This document shows positions 48,379-60,491 of a stretch of DNA of 64,000 nucleotides, in pieces. The stretch lies in NCBI GenBank assembly GCA_046350905.1, contig JAXLZN010000001.1, positions 1,220-65,219 of the forward strand, in the 5' to 3' direction. The stretch's first letter is position 1, and every line of letters starts with the position of its first letter. The notes under the pieces were generated by a model. The model did no database searches. It was given only the letters and a program-made list of their open reading frames with translations, and was not told the origin of the DNA. The position numbers and the translations under genes were made by a program. The stretch is from Candidatus Anderseniibacteriota bacterium. GTDB taxonomy: Bacteria; Patescibacteriota; JAUYIX01.

Positions 48379-50409
48379 ATGGTAGCGGTTTTATCAACCA
48401 TTACGCCGCTGCAGGCATTGCTTTCCACGCTGGTGGCAGTTGGTTGCGCAGTAATCGGTTTTTCACTGCTACGTACCAAGCGCGCAACCCTGTACCCGGT
48501 TCGGGCTGCAGCATCGGTGAGCTTTGGTCTCGCCGTCTGGATATTACTCAACGTGTTAGATGACACCTCAACGTCTGTACCCGTTTACTACCACCTTTCA
48601 CAGACAATTTACGCCTACTCCGGGTTTATCCTGCTCAACTTTCTGTACCTTGCACTCCGATTTCCGCCGCTGACACGTCGACCTGCACGGCTCGCAATAC
48701 TTACAGGTGGATTCTTACTGACGTGTGCGGTAGCCGTACTGGTTTTTCACCCCGCTGGTCTGGTTGTCCGCTTCAGCGACGCAATCGGCGACATTGTAAT
48801 CCAGGACCGACTACCCTATTTCTGGATCGTGCTCGGCATTTTCTGCTCGCTGCTGGCGACCTCATGTGCGGTGCTGTTGGGGAAAATGCGACACGGCAAC
48901 CCTAACGATCGACGTGCCGTAGTGCTGATTGTGACAAGTTTTGCAGCTGTTGCACTCACAACGATGGCGATGGTTACGGTCGATGCACTCAACAACGGAC
49001 AGCCCTACCTGCTGCCGTACGCCTACTACGGAATGGGTTTGTTTGTTGCCGCAATGGGGTACGCAATCACAAAGTACGGAGCTCTAGCATCATCCCTGAA
49101 TATTCAGCGGCGTGTGGTTAGCGCCATGGTTTTGGCTTTTTTTGTCGCCCTGATCGGTGTGTTAGCGCCCAGCCTCAGACGAATTGACATTTCCGTGCTC
49201 GTGCTAGCCTGGGTAAGTGTCACACTCGCCGTTGTCGCCTTCTTTATCATTGAGCAGACGCGCTCGTACCCGGACTTACACGCGGCAACAGATGGTCCAC
49301 TCCGGCCAAGCGCGGAGTTTTCCGCGTGGATCGCTAAGCGCCTGGGCTTGACTCGGGCGCACTGGAAACCCGGTACCGACATACGGGGTACGGCAGCACC
49401 AGCCGGCAGCTGGAACAACGCGGACGTATCCAGCACCCTCCGCAAACGAGTCGGCGGCACCCGTTTTGACGAGGCTGGGCCGGAGCGAACCGCCGGGCGG
49501 ATCGCCACATCACGAGGCACGCTCGTGGTCGGACGCAAGCGCTACAACATTGCCCTATCGGAAGAGGAAGTTCGCTCATTGCTCAACTGGGCGAGCCTGC
49601 ACGCAGCAGCACTTGAGTTGCGGGCCCTGCGCGATAAACGGAGCAACCACCTATCCGAAATAACTGCGCTAGCAGATGCGCGCTCAAGAGAGCTTGAACG
49701 AGCAAATCGCAAGCTCTACGAAAAACTGCGCAAGCGCTCAAAGTTTTTTAAGTCCGTTGCTGCTGAGCTTCGTACCCCGCTCACTGTGGTTGTCACGAGC
49801 ATCGATAGCGGCGCGGTCAATGTACCGCAAGAGCAGGCTTCCGCTATCCTTGACGCAGCGCGCAAGCTCAAGACCTTAACCCAAGAGTTCACCCAGGGAA
49901 CTGGCGCTGCTGCTGAGCAGGTTGCTGCAGGCGTGACCTCTCTTGCGGATGTGTGCGAAAACATGGAACGGCAGTACCTAGCCTGGGCCTCCTCAAAACA
50001 GATCGAGCTGCATACCTCGGTCACTCCGCTCGGCGCAAAAACGTCTATTTCACGCATACATATTGAACGTGCGCTCGATAACCTGGTCAGCAACGCACTC
50101 AAGTACAGTCCTGCGGGTACACATGTCTGGATCAATGCAGGTGCGTTGGATGGCAGCGTTCAGCTCGCAGTCGAAGATGAAGGTCCGGGTATCAAGCAAG
50201 AGGATCGTGAGCTGATCTTTGAACCGTTCTTCCGTACGCGTGAGGCTGGAGCAGTGGCCGGCACGGGACTCGGTCTTGCCGCCGTTAAGCACGTTGCGGA
50301 AGCTCACGGAGGTGACGTACGGGTCGAACCGCGAGTGCCGCGAGGTTCGCGATTTGTAGTCACGCTACGAGAGCCTGCACTGGTAGTTAGCAACCACTAT
50401 GCAGCGTGA
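48379..50409 (+). CDS. membrane histidine-kinase-like protein lacking the H-box histidine
   Basis: About 8 TM helices. The DHp H-box reads FFKSVAAELRTPLT (Ala codon 49762-49764 where His is expected). N (DNLVSNALKYS), G1 (EDEGPGI), F (FEPFF) and G2 (GTGLGL) boxes are intact. Confidence 0.8.
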   Translation: MVAVLSTITPLQALLSTLVAVGCAVIGFSLLRTKRATLYPVRAAASVSFGLAVWILLNVLDDTSTSVPVYYHLSQTIYAYSGFILLNFLYLALRFPPLTRRPARLAILTGGFLLTCAVAVLVFHPAGLVVRFSDAIGDIVIQDRLPYFWIVLGIFCSLLATSCAVLLGKMRHGNPNDRRAVVLIVTSFAAVALTTMAMVTVDALNNGQPYLLPYAYYGMGLFVAAMGYAITKYGALASSLNIQRRVVSAMVLAFFVALIGVLAPSLRRIDISVLVLAWVSVTLAVVAFFIIEQTRSYPDLHAATDGPLRPSAEFSAWIAKRLGLTRAHWKPGTDIRGTAAPAGSWNNADVSSTLRKRVGGTRFDEAGPERTAGRIATSRGTLVVGRKRYNIALSEEEVRSLLNWASLHAAALELRALRDKRSNHLSEITALADARSRELERANRKLYEKLRKRSKFFKSVAAELRTPLTVVVTSIDSGAVNVPQEQASAILDAARKLKTLTQEFTQGTGAAAEQVAAGVTSLADVCENMERQYLAWASSKQIELHTSVTPLGAKTSISRIHIERALDNLVSNALKYSPAGTHVWINAGALDGSVQLAVEDEGPGIKQEDRELIFEPFFRTREAGAVAGTGLGLAAVKHVAEAHGGDVRVEPRVPRGSRFVVTLREPALVVSNHYAA

Positions 50410-51772
50410 TGCCTTTGTCGGGTCTACCAGGAACGTAGCAGCTGGTGTGGCCGCTGCTCTGCTGCTCTTTGCCATCGGCATTGGGGCTTTTCAGCTGGCG
50501 GCGGTATTGCGACCGGTACCTACCGTGCTGCTCCTGACGCAAGCCGGGATTGTCGGACTGCTAGCATGGGGTGCTTCATTGGTTGTGCCGCGGGCACGAC
50601 AGATCGCCACGCGGTACCTCTTTCCCGGTTCGTACAATTACGAAGAGCGCGTGCGTCAGTTGGCATTGCGCGCCTCGTACGACGTTTCGCTGTGGGACGC
50701 GAACGTACTACTTAAACAGCTCGGCAACTTGGTTGGAGCACACGTTGCCCTCGTGGATCGAGAGGGTGACGCTGCTCTGATCGTCGAGCTGCCGGCGCGT
50801 ACCATGCATCAGTTTCTGCTCTTTGGGGAAAAAGAAAATGGCGACCCCTGGACCTCACACGATCGACAGCTACTCGAGTGGTTTGCACGTTGCGTTGCCG
50901 TCTCGCTCAGCCTGGCTCGTGAACGCCAGCTCGAGGTGCGACGACTACGTCAGACCGAGGAGCAGCTCACGCGCATGACCAAAGAGGCAACAGAGCTGCG
51001 ATCACAACTCGAGACCCGTGACCATGAACACACAGCTCGCCTCGATGAGCTTGCCCACGACCTAAAGAACCCGATCGTGCATATCGCCAACGCGCTGGAG
51101 CTATCTGGCCTAGAGGACCCAAGTGTGAGCGCAGAATCCTCGTTTCGTAAGGTTCGAGCAGAGGTTGATTGGATGATCAAGTTTGTCGACCACATGCTCG
51201 AACTTGCTCGGGCCGAAGCCGGACGAACCACGCTGCAAAAACAACTGGTATACCTAGACGAGGTGGTCGATGACGCGATCGAGGCCCTTGCGGAGTTTGC
51301 GTCTCGACAGGACCGGCGTGTGGAGCGCCAGTCCAGCGGTCAACTAGTGGATGTTGCGACCATGGCAGACGACGGACTAGTTTACAAGCTGTTTGAACTC
51401 CTTATCAGCCGCGCAATTCGCCTCTCGCCCACAACGGTGCAGTGCCGTATTTCTACCTCACTAGATGGAAAACTGGCCTACGTGGACATTCTTGTTGATC
51501 GCGTACCCGAGCTGGCCGGGATTGAGCCACACGAGCTACTCGGTCGCCTGAGCCGACAATGGATGCACCGCGATGATCGTCAGTTTGGGATTACTGGCCT
51601 AGAACTGTCGATTGCACAGTGGATCATGCAGGCACACAACGGATCACTCACGGTGGCAGAGTCAGATGAGCAGAGAACTGTTATCCGAACAGCATTCCCA
51701 CTCTCGGCAAGTTTTCAACAGGATGATGCTAAGAAAATTTCCGGACAGTCTGTTGCACCTGTCCTCAACTAA
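50399..51772 (+). CDS. histidine kinase with intact H-box but degenerate ATP-binding domain
   Basis: H-box LDELAHDLKNPI is present. The N-box reads ELLISRAIRLS (Asn replaced by Arg). G1 reads VDRVPELAG (no DxGxG). G2-like GITGLEL. It overlaps the upstream gene by 11 nt. Confidence 0.75.
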   Translation: MQRDAFVGSTRNVAAGVAAALLLFAIGIGAFQLAAVLRPVPTVLLLTQAGIVGLLAWGASLVVPRARQIATRYLFPGSYNYEERVRQLALRASYDVSLWDANVLLKQLGNLVGAHVALVDREGDAALIVELPARTMHQFLLFGEKENGDPWTSHDRQLLEWFARCVAVSLSLARERQLEVRRLRQTEEQLTRMTKEATELRSQLETRDHEHTARLDELAHDLKNPIVHIANALELSGLEDPSVSAESSFRKVRAEVDWMIKFVDHMLELARAEAGRTTLQKQLVYLDEVVDDAIEALAEFASRQDRRVERQSSGQLVDVATMADDGLVYKLFELLISRAIRLSPTTVQCRISTSLDGKLAYVDILVDRVPELAGIEPHELLGRLSRQWMHRDDRQFGITGLELSIAQWIMQAHNGSLTVAESDEQRTVIRTAFPLSASFQQDDAKKISGQSVAPVLN

Positions 51773-51783
51773 CACCCGCTGAC

Positions 51784-52611
51784 ATGTGGCGCACTATCCA
51801 AGGAACCTTCAAAAAAAGCCGCGTTGCGCAATTGACGCTCATACTGTTTGTGGCATTGACGCTGTGGTGGATCACGATTTTTATGCGTGGTGTCCGAGAC
51901 GTATTTGAGAGTAACTTATTTTCAGCCATCTACTTTGTCATTGCTCTCATCGGAGGGCTTGCCGGAATTGGCGCAGCGAGACGTTGGGATGGCCGTTCAA
52001 GTGTGCTCGGGCGTGCTGTCTTTGCGCTAGCTGCTGGCATGCTAGCGCAAGTATTTGGCCAGCTTTCGTACGCCGTGGGCATCAACGTCTACCACTTTAC
52101 AATCCCGTACCCCTCCGTCGGGGATATTGGCTACTTCGGCAGCGTTTTCTTCTACATCTACGGTGTTGTCTTACTTGCACGAGCAACTGGAATTCGATTT
52201 TCGCTCAAAAAATACAGAGGGCAGCTGCAGGTAATACTGATTCCAGCTCTACTGTTGACCCTCTCGTATATAGTCTTCTTGAGAGGCTACGTGTTCGATT
52301 GGTCGCATCCACTGCGTATTTTGCTCGACTTTGGATATCCCCTTGGCGAAGCCACGTACGTCTCCATTGCACTACTTGCACTCCTGCTTTCAAGAAACAT
52401 TTTGGGGGGAACGCTGCGGTCACCGCTCGTACTGCTACTGGTGGCACTCATTGCGCAGTACCTCTCTGATTACGTGTTTCTCTACCAGGCCTACCACGGG
52501 ACGTGGCTCAGTGGGGGCATTAACGACTACATGTACCTCATCTCGTACTTTCTGATGACAATCGGGTTAATTCAGATTGGGGTCACCGCTCGTCGTCTTA
52601 CCCAAAACTAG
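51784..52611 (+). CDS. stand-alone 7-8 TM membrane protein
   Basis: 275 aa and hydrophobic throughout. It starts 12 nt after the kinase stop. No soluble domain. Confidence 0.55.
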   Translation: MWRTIQGTFKKSRVAQLTLILFVALTLWWITIFMRGVRDVFESNLFSAIYFVIALIGGLAGIGAARRWDGRSSVLGRAVFALAAGMLAQVFGQLSYAVGINVYHFTIPYPSVGDIGYFGSVFFYIYGVVLLARATGIRFSLKKYRGQLQVILIPALLLTLSYIVFLRGYVFDWSHPLRILLDFGYPLGEATYVSIALLALLLSRNILGGTLRSPLVLLLVALIAQYLSDYVFLYQAYHGTWLSGGINDYMYLISYFLMTIGLIQIGVTARRLTQN

Positions 52612-52619
52612 CAGCGGCC

Positions 52620-52898
52620 ATGACTCCCGCCGATACCGTTGCCACCGCAATCATCCGAGCTCAGGCAGCGATCATCGGCTCAATCGCGTGGAGACAAGCC
52701 GCCAAAGTTGCGGGCGTCTCGATCAACCAGGAGTTTCAAATTGCTCATGTTAGCAGTGATACAAAAACCGTCCTAACAAACTTGATCAATAGGTACGAAC
52801 ATTTGTTTGGTCACGCCGCAACGAGTGTAAGCCGCGAGGGCGCCGGGCCTCACGTAGCCAGTCTCTTGGAGGAAGAGATCCCTAGCGGACTAAAATGA
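52620..52898 (+). CDS. hypothetical protein (92 aa)
   Basis: The ORF starts 9 nt after the previous stop. No motif recognised. Confidence 0.4.
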   Translation: MTPADTVATAIIRAQAAIIGSIAWRQAAKVAGVSINQEFQIAHVSSDTKTVLTNLINRYEHLFGHAATSVSREGAGPHVASLLEEEIPSGLK

Positions 52899-52911
52899 AT
52901 AACACAGCAAC

Positions 52912-53940
52912 TTACTTTGGGTACTTGGTGTACCCAGTACTGACAACAAGGATTTTAGCGTCTTCGGTAACTTTTTTCTTACCGAGCTGCAACAATAGTG
53001 CCAAACCAGCCAGGCCAGAAGGCTCGGCCCGTACATTGTTCCGCTCTGCGACCTGCATAGCCTGCTCAAGGTAGCGTTCCTGAATTGCATGCACGCCAGA
53101 CTGTGCGCCACAGAAACCAGAGTACTGATAGAGCTTGATCGACTGTTCGTTAAAGTGCACAAAGGGAAGGTGCGGCGAGTAGAGTTTGGTCGCGGACGAA
53201 CTCGGATCATTGGTTGTTGCCCCGAGAAAATGACAGCGACGGAGGATGGCATTGCGACCCTTGTACCGTGGGTCGTGGAGAGACGTGCTTACTTCACGTT
53301 TATTGATCCCAAGAATATTTTCGTAGAGAGTGCCTGTGCCAAAAGGAATAAAGCAGTACTCGGGCGACTGGTTGATCACCTCGTAGCTCAACCAATCATA
53401 AAAGCGAGTCGCGGGGTCGAGTGCTTCAGATGACGTGATGTCGAACCCGTCTGGGTTGTGGGTCAGTGCGAGGATATCGCTCCAGGAAAGCGGGGCGCGC
53501 GACAGATCAGTTTGAAAAATCTCGCAACCGAGTTTTTCTAATACGTTTACAATATTGGCGTCCAATTCTGTGTCGACAAGCACTTTGAGATTCGGCAGAC
53601 CGTATTTGTTGAGCTGCGTTTGGATGGCAACTGCTGCCGAACCAGACGAAATGATAGACATCTGTGGAAGCGTCGCCGAAGAAAGATTGTTTTTCTTTGC
53701 GAGCAGAAAGTGACGGTACGTGACCACAATCTCCCAGGCCATTCTGTCCTTATGCGTGCCTGTAGGGTTGTAGCTTTCATCTTTCAACCACACGTTGGTA
53801 AAGCCATGCACCTTGATCTTGTACGTAGGTGTCGCAGGAAACTTAGGATCGTCAGCGGGGAACTCCGGCCGCCGTGGATCATTTTCTGATCGCACGTGAA
53901 TTCGGCTCAGAATCTTTTTCTCAGCCGAGGAAAGAGACAT
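52912..53940 (-). CDS. PLP-dependent enzyme, tryptophan-synthase-beta fold (PALP family)
   Basis: WLKDESYNPTGTHKDRMAWE contains the PLP-lysine motif (NPTG[ST]xKDR). Start reset to MSLSSAEKK (ATG 53940). The upstream 130 codons of the ORF track overlap the M20 gene. Confidence 0.75.
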   Translation of the reverse strand: MSLSSAEKKILSRIHVRSENDPRRPEFPADDPKFPATPTYKIKVHGFTNVWLKDESYNPTGTHKDRMAWEIVVTYRHFLLAKKNNLSSATLPQMSIISSGSAAVAIQTQLNKYGLPNLKVLVDTELDANIVNVLEKLGCEIFQTDLSRAPLSWSDILALTHNPDGFDITSSEALDPATRFYDWLSYEVINQSPEYCFIPFGTGTLYENILGINKREVSTSLHDPRYKGRNAILRRCHFLGATTNDPSSSATKLYSPHLPFVHFNEQSIKLYQYSGFCGAQSGVHAIQERYLEQAMQVAERNNVRAEPSGLAGLALLLQLGKKKVTEDAKILVVSTGYTKYPK

Positions 53941-53953
53941 GCTACGCCGGAGG

Positions 53954-55096
53954 CTAGAGGCGGGCGGTGGCGTTGTCAACAACCTCACACAGAATCGCAG
54001 AGAGATCCGCAATGCTTTGCAGGGTGACGAACTCGTCGAGCCCGTGCATCCCTGCTCCGGTGGGTCCAAGCAAGACCGCTGGCACACGCCAACGCTCGGC
54101 CAGCAGCTGGATGTCGGAGTAACCACCCTTGCCTGCAGGCGCGTATGAAACGCGGCCGAGGACGCTGCGCTGCGCCTGCTCGACCAAGCGCAGCTTGCTG
54201 CGAGGCGTTGTGAACGACCCGAGGCTATTCTTAGTCGTTGTAGCGGGGTTCGCGCCGTACGCACGTACCGCGCGCTCAAACGTGCGAATGATCCGCTGAG
54301 GTGTAAGCCCCGTGACCGTCCTGACTTCAATGGTCGCGCTACAAGTATCGGGAATCACGTTGGCCGGCGCGGTACTTCCATCGCCGATCCCGCAGCGAAC
54401 ACCAGTCACGTTGAGGGTTGGTTTACCAAGCACGCGATCGTTTGTCATCCGAACAAGTCGCTTGAGCGCATCAACGCCCGCGAGCAGGCCCTCAAATGCA
54501 CTGACGCCAGACCATGGACGCGCAGCGTGACCAGACTTGCCACGCACTGCTACGTCGAGCTCAAGTACACCCCGACAGCCTGCCCGCAGCGCTAGGTTAG
54601 TCGGTTCAGGGCAGATGACGAGCCGTGGTCGTGGAAGCCCTGCTGTCCTTACAAACTGCTTCATGCCGACAAAGTCGTACTCTTCGTCGGCGTAGAAGAG
54701 CGCCGCAACGTTACTGCAACCGTGGACCGCGGCATGTTCGAGCACTACGAGGATGGCCACGAGACCGGCTTTCATGTCGGCTGATCCACGCCCGTACAGA
54801 CGACTACCTACGCGCTGACCAAGCGAACGGTAACGCCAACCAGTGCCGAGCGGCACGGTATCCATGTGGCCGATCAACAGCACGCCAGCTTGTACTCGTT
54901 TCCGTGGAGTAACCACAAGGTTAACGCGACCCGGCGTGACGACTTGCCGCCGCACGCGGTAGGTCGGTAGATGGCGCTCAATGTACGTCTCGAGGTAGTC
55001 AGCAACACCTCGCTCGACAGAGCCGCGACGTGGCTGTGCCTCGCGGTCGCTCCTGATTGCGATGAGCCGCTTGAGCAACTCCAGGTCAACGTTCAT
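53954..55096 (-). CDS. M20 family metallopeptidase (ArgE/DapE-like deacylase)
   Basis: LLIGHMDTVP, GRGSADMKAG, ADEEYDF and the dimerisation-domain layout. It lies 13 nt upstream of the PLP enzyme gene. Confidence 0.8.
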   Translation of the reverse strand: MNVDLELLKRLIAIRSDREAQPRRGSVERGVADYLETYIERHLPTYRVRRQVVTPGRVNLVVTPRKRVQAGVLLIGHMDTVPLGTGWRYRSLGQRVGSRLYGRGSADMKAGLVAILVVLEHAAVHGCSNVAALFYADEEYDFVGMKQFVRTAGLPRPRLVICPEPTNLALRAGCRGVLELDVAVRGKSGHAARPWSGVSAFEGLLAGVDALKRLVRMTNDRVLGKPTLNVTGVRCGIGDGSTAPANVIPDTCSATIEVRTVTGLTPQRIIRTFERAVRAYGANPATTTKNSLGSFTTPRSKLRLVEQAQRSVLGRVSYAPAGKGGYSDIQLLAERWRVPAVLLGPTGAGMHGLDEFVTLQSIADLSAILCEVVDNATARL

Positions 55097-55154
55097 GGTA
55101 GTCGCCAGCCTACCACCATAAAGCCAGAGGTGGCGCGTTTAGGCAGCAACTTTC

Positions 55155-58128
<2,974 letters not shown>

Positions 58129-58255
58129 GAGTACTCGGGTTTGGTGGCTAGATCAAGGGTAGGTCGGCACAGAAAATGCCCGGCTGTGCGGGCAAACGGA
58201 GCAGCGTACACGGGATCGGCGGCCGTGGCAAGGGGGTCGCGTGGAAAAGGTAGAA

Positions 58256-58288
58256 GCCCCGCCCAAACCAACGTGGCTAGGACGGGGC
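58256..58288 (-). terminator. GC-rich hairpin downstream of the 83-aa ORF
   Basis: GCCCCGCCC (58256-58264) pairs with GGACGGGGC (58280-58288) with one mismatch. The minus-strand trailing sequence is TTCTACCTTTTCC. Confidence 0.3.
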
Positions 58289-58317
58289 GAGGACGACGAG
58301 GTGAGGGCTGAAGATCC

Positions 58318-58569
58318 CTACGAGGCGTGCACGAGGCGGAGGGTGGTGCGCTGCACCTGCTGCGCCTTGCTCTGCGCCTTGCTCGCCCGTTGCTCGAAGT
58401 GCGCGTAGATCACGCCCAGGTCGAGCAGGTACTGCTCCGTCTTCTTGCCGCAGCCCTTGGGGCGGCGGCACACGAACTGGGCGTAGTAGCGTCCGCCCTT
58501 GGTCCTGAATCTCACACGCATCTTACGTCCGCACCTGCATCGACGGTTGACCGGCTGTGAGTTCGGCAT
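58318..58569 (-). CDS. small basic protein with four Cys (zinc-ribbon-like), hypothetical
   Basis: RRCRCGRKMRVRFRTKGGRYYAQFVCRRPKGCGKK. No family recognised. Confidence 0.45.
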   Translation of the reverse strand: MPNSQPVNRRCRCGRKMRVRFRTKGGRYYAQFVCRRPKGCGKKTEQYLLDLGVIYAHFEQRASKAQSKAQQVQRTTLRLVHAS

Positions 58570-58709
58570 TTCGCTCCCCCTTGTATTCTAGTATCCGAAG
58601 AAACGACCGGCGCAGCCTACGCCACCACGTGCGGCACGTAAAGCAAAACCCCGAGGTGAACGTACCCCGGGGTCGAACGAGCGTCGAACGAGAACGACGG
58701 TACTACGTG

Positions 58710-59954
58710 CTAGCCGGCCACCTCACCAAACATGAGCGAGCTGCAGGCAGCCTCGAGCGCGCCCTTGAGCTCCCTGAGGGCCGCGCCGTGATCGCTCACG
58801 CCACGGGCCAGCTCGTCGCAGGCGTTGCGGGCTGCCCGCACGCGTCCGGCGGTGAGCTCCTGGAACGGGTGGTCCAGCTTGAGCTGCTCGTTGCTCGGCA
58901 CGAGCTGGACCCAGGAGTGCACCACGTCGCAGGCCGCCTGGACGCTGTGCACCGCTGAGGGCGGCAGACGACCCAGCGCGAGTCCGACGGCGACGAGCTT
59001 GCGTTCGCGGCAGAGCTCATCGTGAACCGTGACTGCCCGGGCCGCGGCGTACAGGGCCAGCCCCAGACGTCGCGCGGCCACGTGCACCGCGTCGGTGAGG
59101 AGCCAGCTGCGCATGCTACGGATCAGCGTGCAGAGCTCTGCGATGTCGCGTGCGCAGAGACGTGCAACTTCCGCAAACGGCTGCGCGACCACGTTGCCTA
59201 GCTTGACCGCGATCGGGGCCAGCGCGGCGACGAGCTCGTGCAACCTAACCTCGTCTGGCTGGAGCGGGGCTCCGACCGGCGGCCGCTGGTGAAGAGCGCC
59301 TGACCGAGCAGCGTACGAAGCGTGTCAAAGAGCTCGGTGTGACGCGCGATCTCGCCCCAGACATCCTGCGAGCGCGTCAGCGTCACGTAGCGGATGCGCT
59401 CGAGCTCGACCATGCGAGCCCGTGCGTCACCGGCGGCGGCCTGCAGCCGGGCCGCAGCCGCCCCCAGGTTCCGTCGACCGCGTCGATCCACGCCTGAGGC
59501 AGCCATGCTGAGCTGCAGCGATAGCTCCCGCATAAAGTGGTTGCGGAAGGTGCCGCGTTCGCTCTTGAGGTGCTTGAGCTTGTTGAGCAGGGGCGCCGTC
59601 AAAAACCGCCACTCGTCCGTTGTGAGCCGCGAGTTCTGGTACAGCTTGAGCTGCTGGTCAAACACCAGCTTAGGGATGTAGCCGAGCTGCCCACGCTGCG
59701 TCAGCATCTTGACCGCCGCGCAGGTAGACCCCTCATCGGCCGAGTAGAGTCCCCGGTTGAAGATGTCGTAGCCCTCCACGTGGAGGGTCCCCGGAAAAGC
59801 GCGCCCGGATCAGGACCGCGCCGCGCTTGAAGCGCGCGCCGCTCTGCCGATGATCCTGACGTGCCACGTAGACCTTGCCGTGCTTGATGGTGTCCGCGTC
59901 GCAGAGGAACGGCCAGTCCTCCTGCTTGGTGCGGACCGGGATTGTTTCTCGCAT
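58710..59954 (-). pseudogene. hypothetical ~410-aa protein split over three ORFs (breaks near 59790 and 59260)
   Basis: ORFs 59733..59954, 59198..59779 and 58710..59243 read on from one another (..AVLIRARF / PGTLHVEGYDIF.. and ..LFTSGRR / PVGAPLQPDEVRLHELVAALAP..). No domain recognised. Confidence 0.4.
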
Positions 59955-60128
59955 GCTGGTGCTCCTTGTCGAAGAACGTTGCGTCGAGTTTTTCGACGCA
60001 AACCAGAGAACTACCAGGTCAGCGCAACCGTGGCAAGGCTCAAATAGACGGGGCGAGGGCGCGTCTCGGAGAGACGCGCCCAGGGAAGTGCCATACGGTG
60101 GATGGAGCGAGAGCCGTTGCGCGAGAGC

Positions 60129-60407
60129 CTAGCTGGCTGCGGCGAGGGTCAGGTGGTGGTCGTAGCTGGTGCTGCGAACAAACCACTGCGGATCGTACGC
60201 TGTCCCGGGGTGGCACTCTTGGCGGATGACAACGGTCAGCGGCAAGAGGGCGGTGGGCATCACGATCGTACGTTCGCACCCGTGCAGCCAGCAGACGTAC
60301 TCAACCTCGATCAGGTTGCGCATGGCATCGATGCGCGCATCGCCGGTGGGTTGCTCGGTGGCCGCGACTGCTCCATCCGTAGATGCCAGGTGGTCGAACC
60401 GAATCAT
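60129..60407 (-). CDS. hypothetical protein (92 aa)
   Basis: ORF with Cys/His pairs (CWLHGC, ECH). No family recognised. Confidence 0.4.
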   Translation of the reverse strand: MIRFDHLASTDGAVAATEQPTGDARIDAMRNLIEVEYVCWLHGCERTIVMPTALLPLTVVIRQECHPGTAYDPQWFVRSTSYDHHLTLAAAS

Positions 60408-60447
60408 GGAGCACCTCCGTTACGGTGTTGATGGTACACCCACAGCG

Positions 60448-60476
60448 TTGACCAGGCCACACTTTTTGGCTAGGCT
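60448..60476 (+). promoter_or_regulatory. sigma70-type promoter candidate for uvrC
   Basis: TTGACC (60448-60453), 17-nt spacer, TAGGCT (60471-60476). It lies 15 nt upstream of ATG 60492. Confidence 0.45.
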
Positions 60477-60491
60477 ACTCCAGTTTACCCT

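Larger units (their letters stand above)
42790..53950. other. AT-richer compositional island (candidate horizontally acquired region)
   Basis: Base composition and codon third positions change abruptly at about 42780-42800 and revert at about 53950 (possibly 55100). No integrase, tRNA or direct repeats seen at the edges. Confidence 0.5.

Noticed and set aside
58129-58317. SOS/LexA operator upstream of uvrA, and similarly upstream of uvrC at 60408-60491.
   Set aside because: No CGAAC-N4-GTTCG or TCGAAC-N4-GTTCGA type palindrome was found. Only a half-site-like CGAACAT occurs near 58104.
58318-58569. Zinc-ribbon ORF as an IS1 InsA-like or IS1595-type transposase N-terminus, implying a mobile element.
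   Set aside because: The only resemblance is Cys spacing. There is no DDE or other transposase ORF, no inverted repeats and no target duplication.
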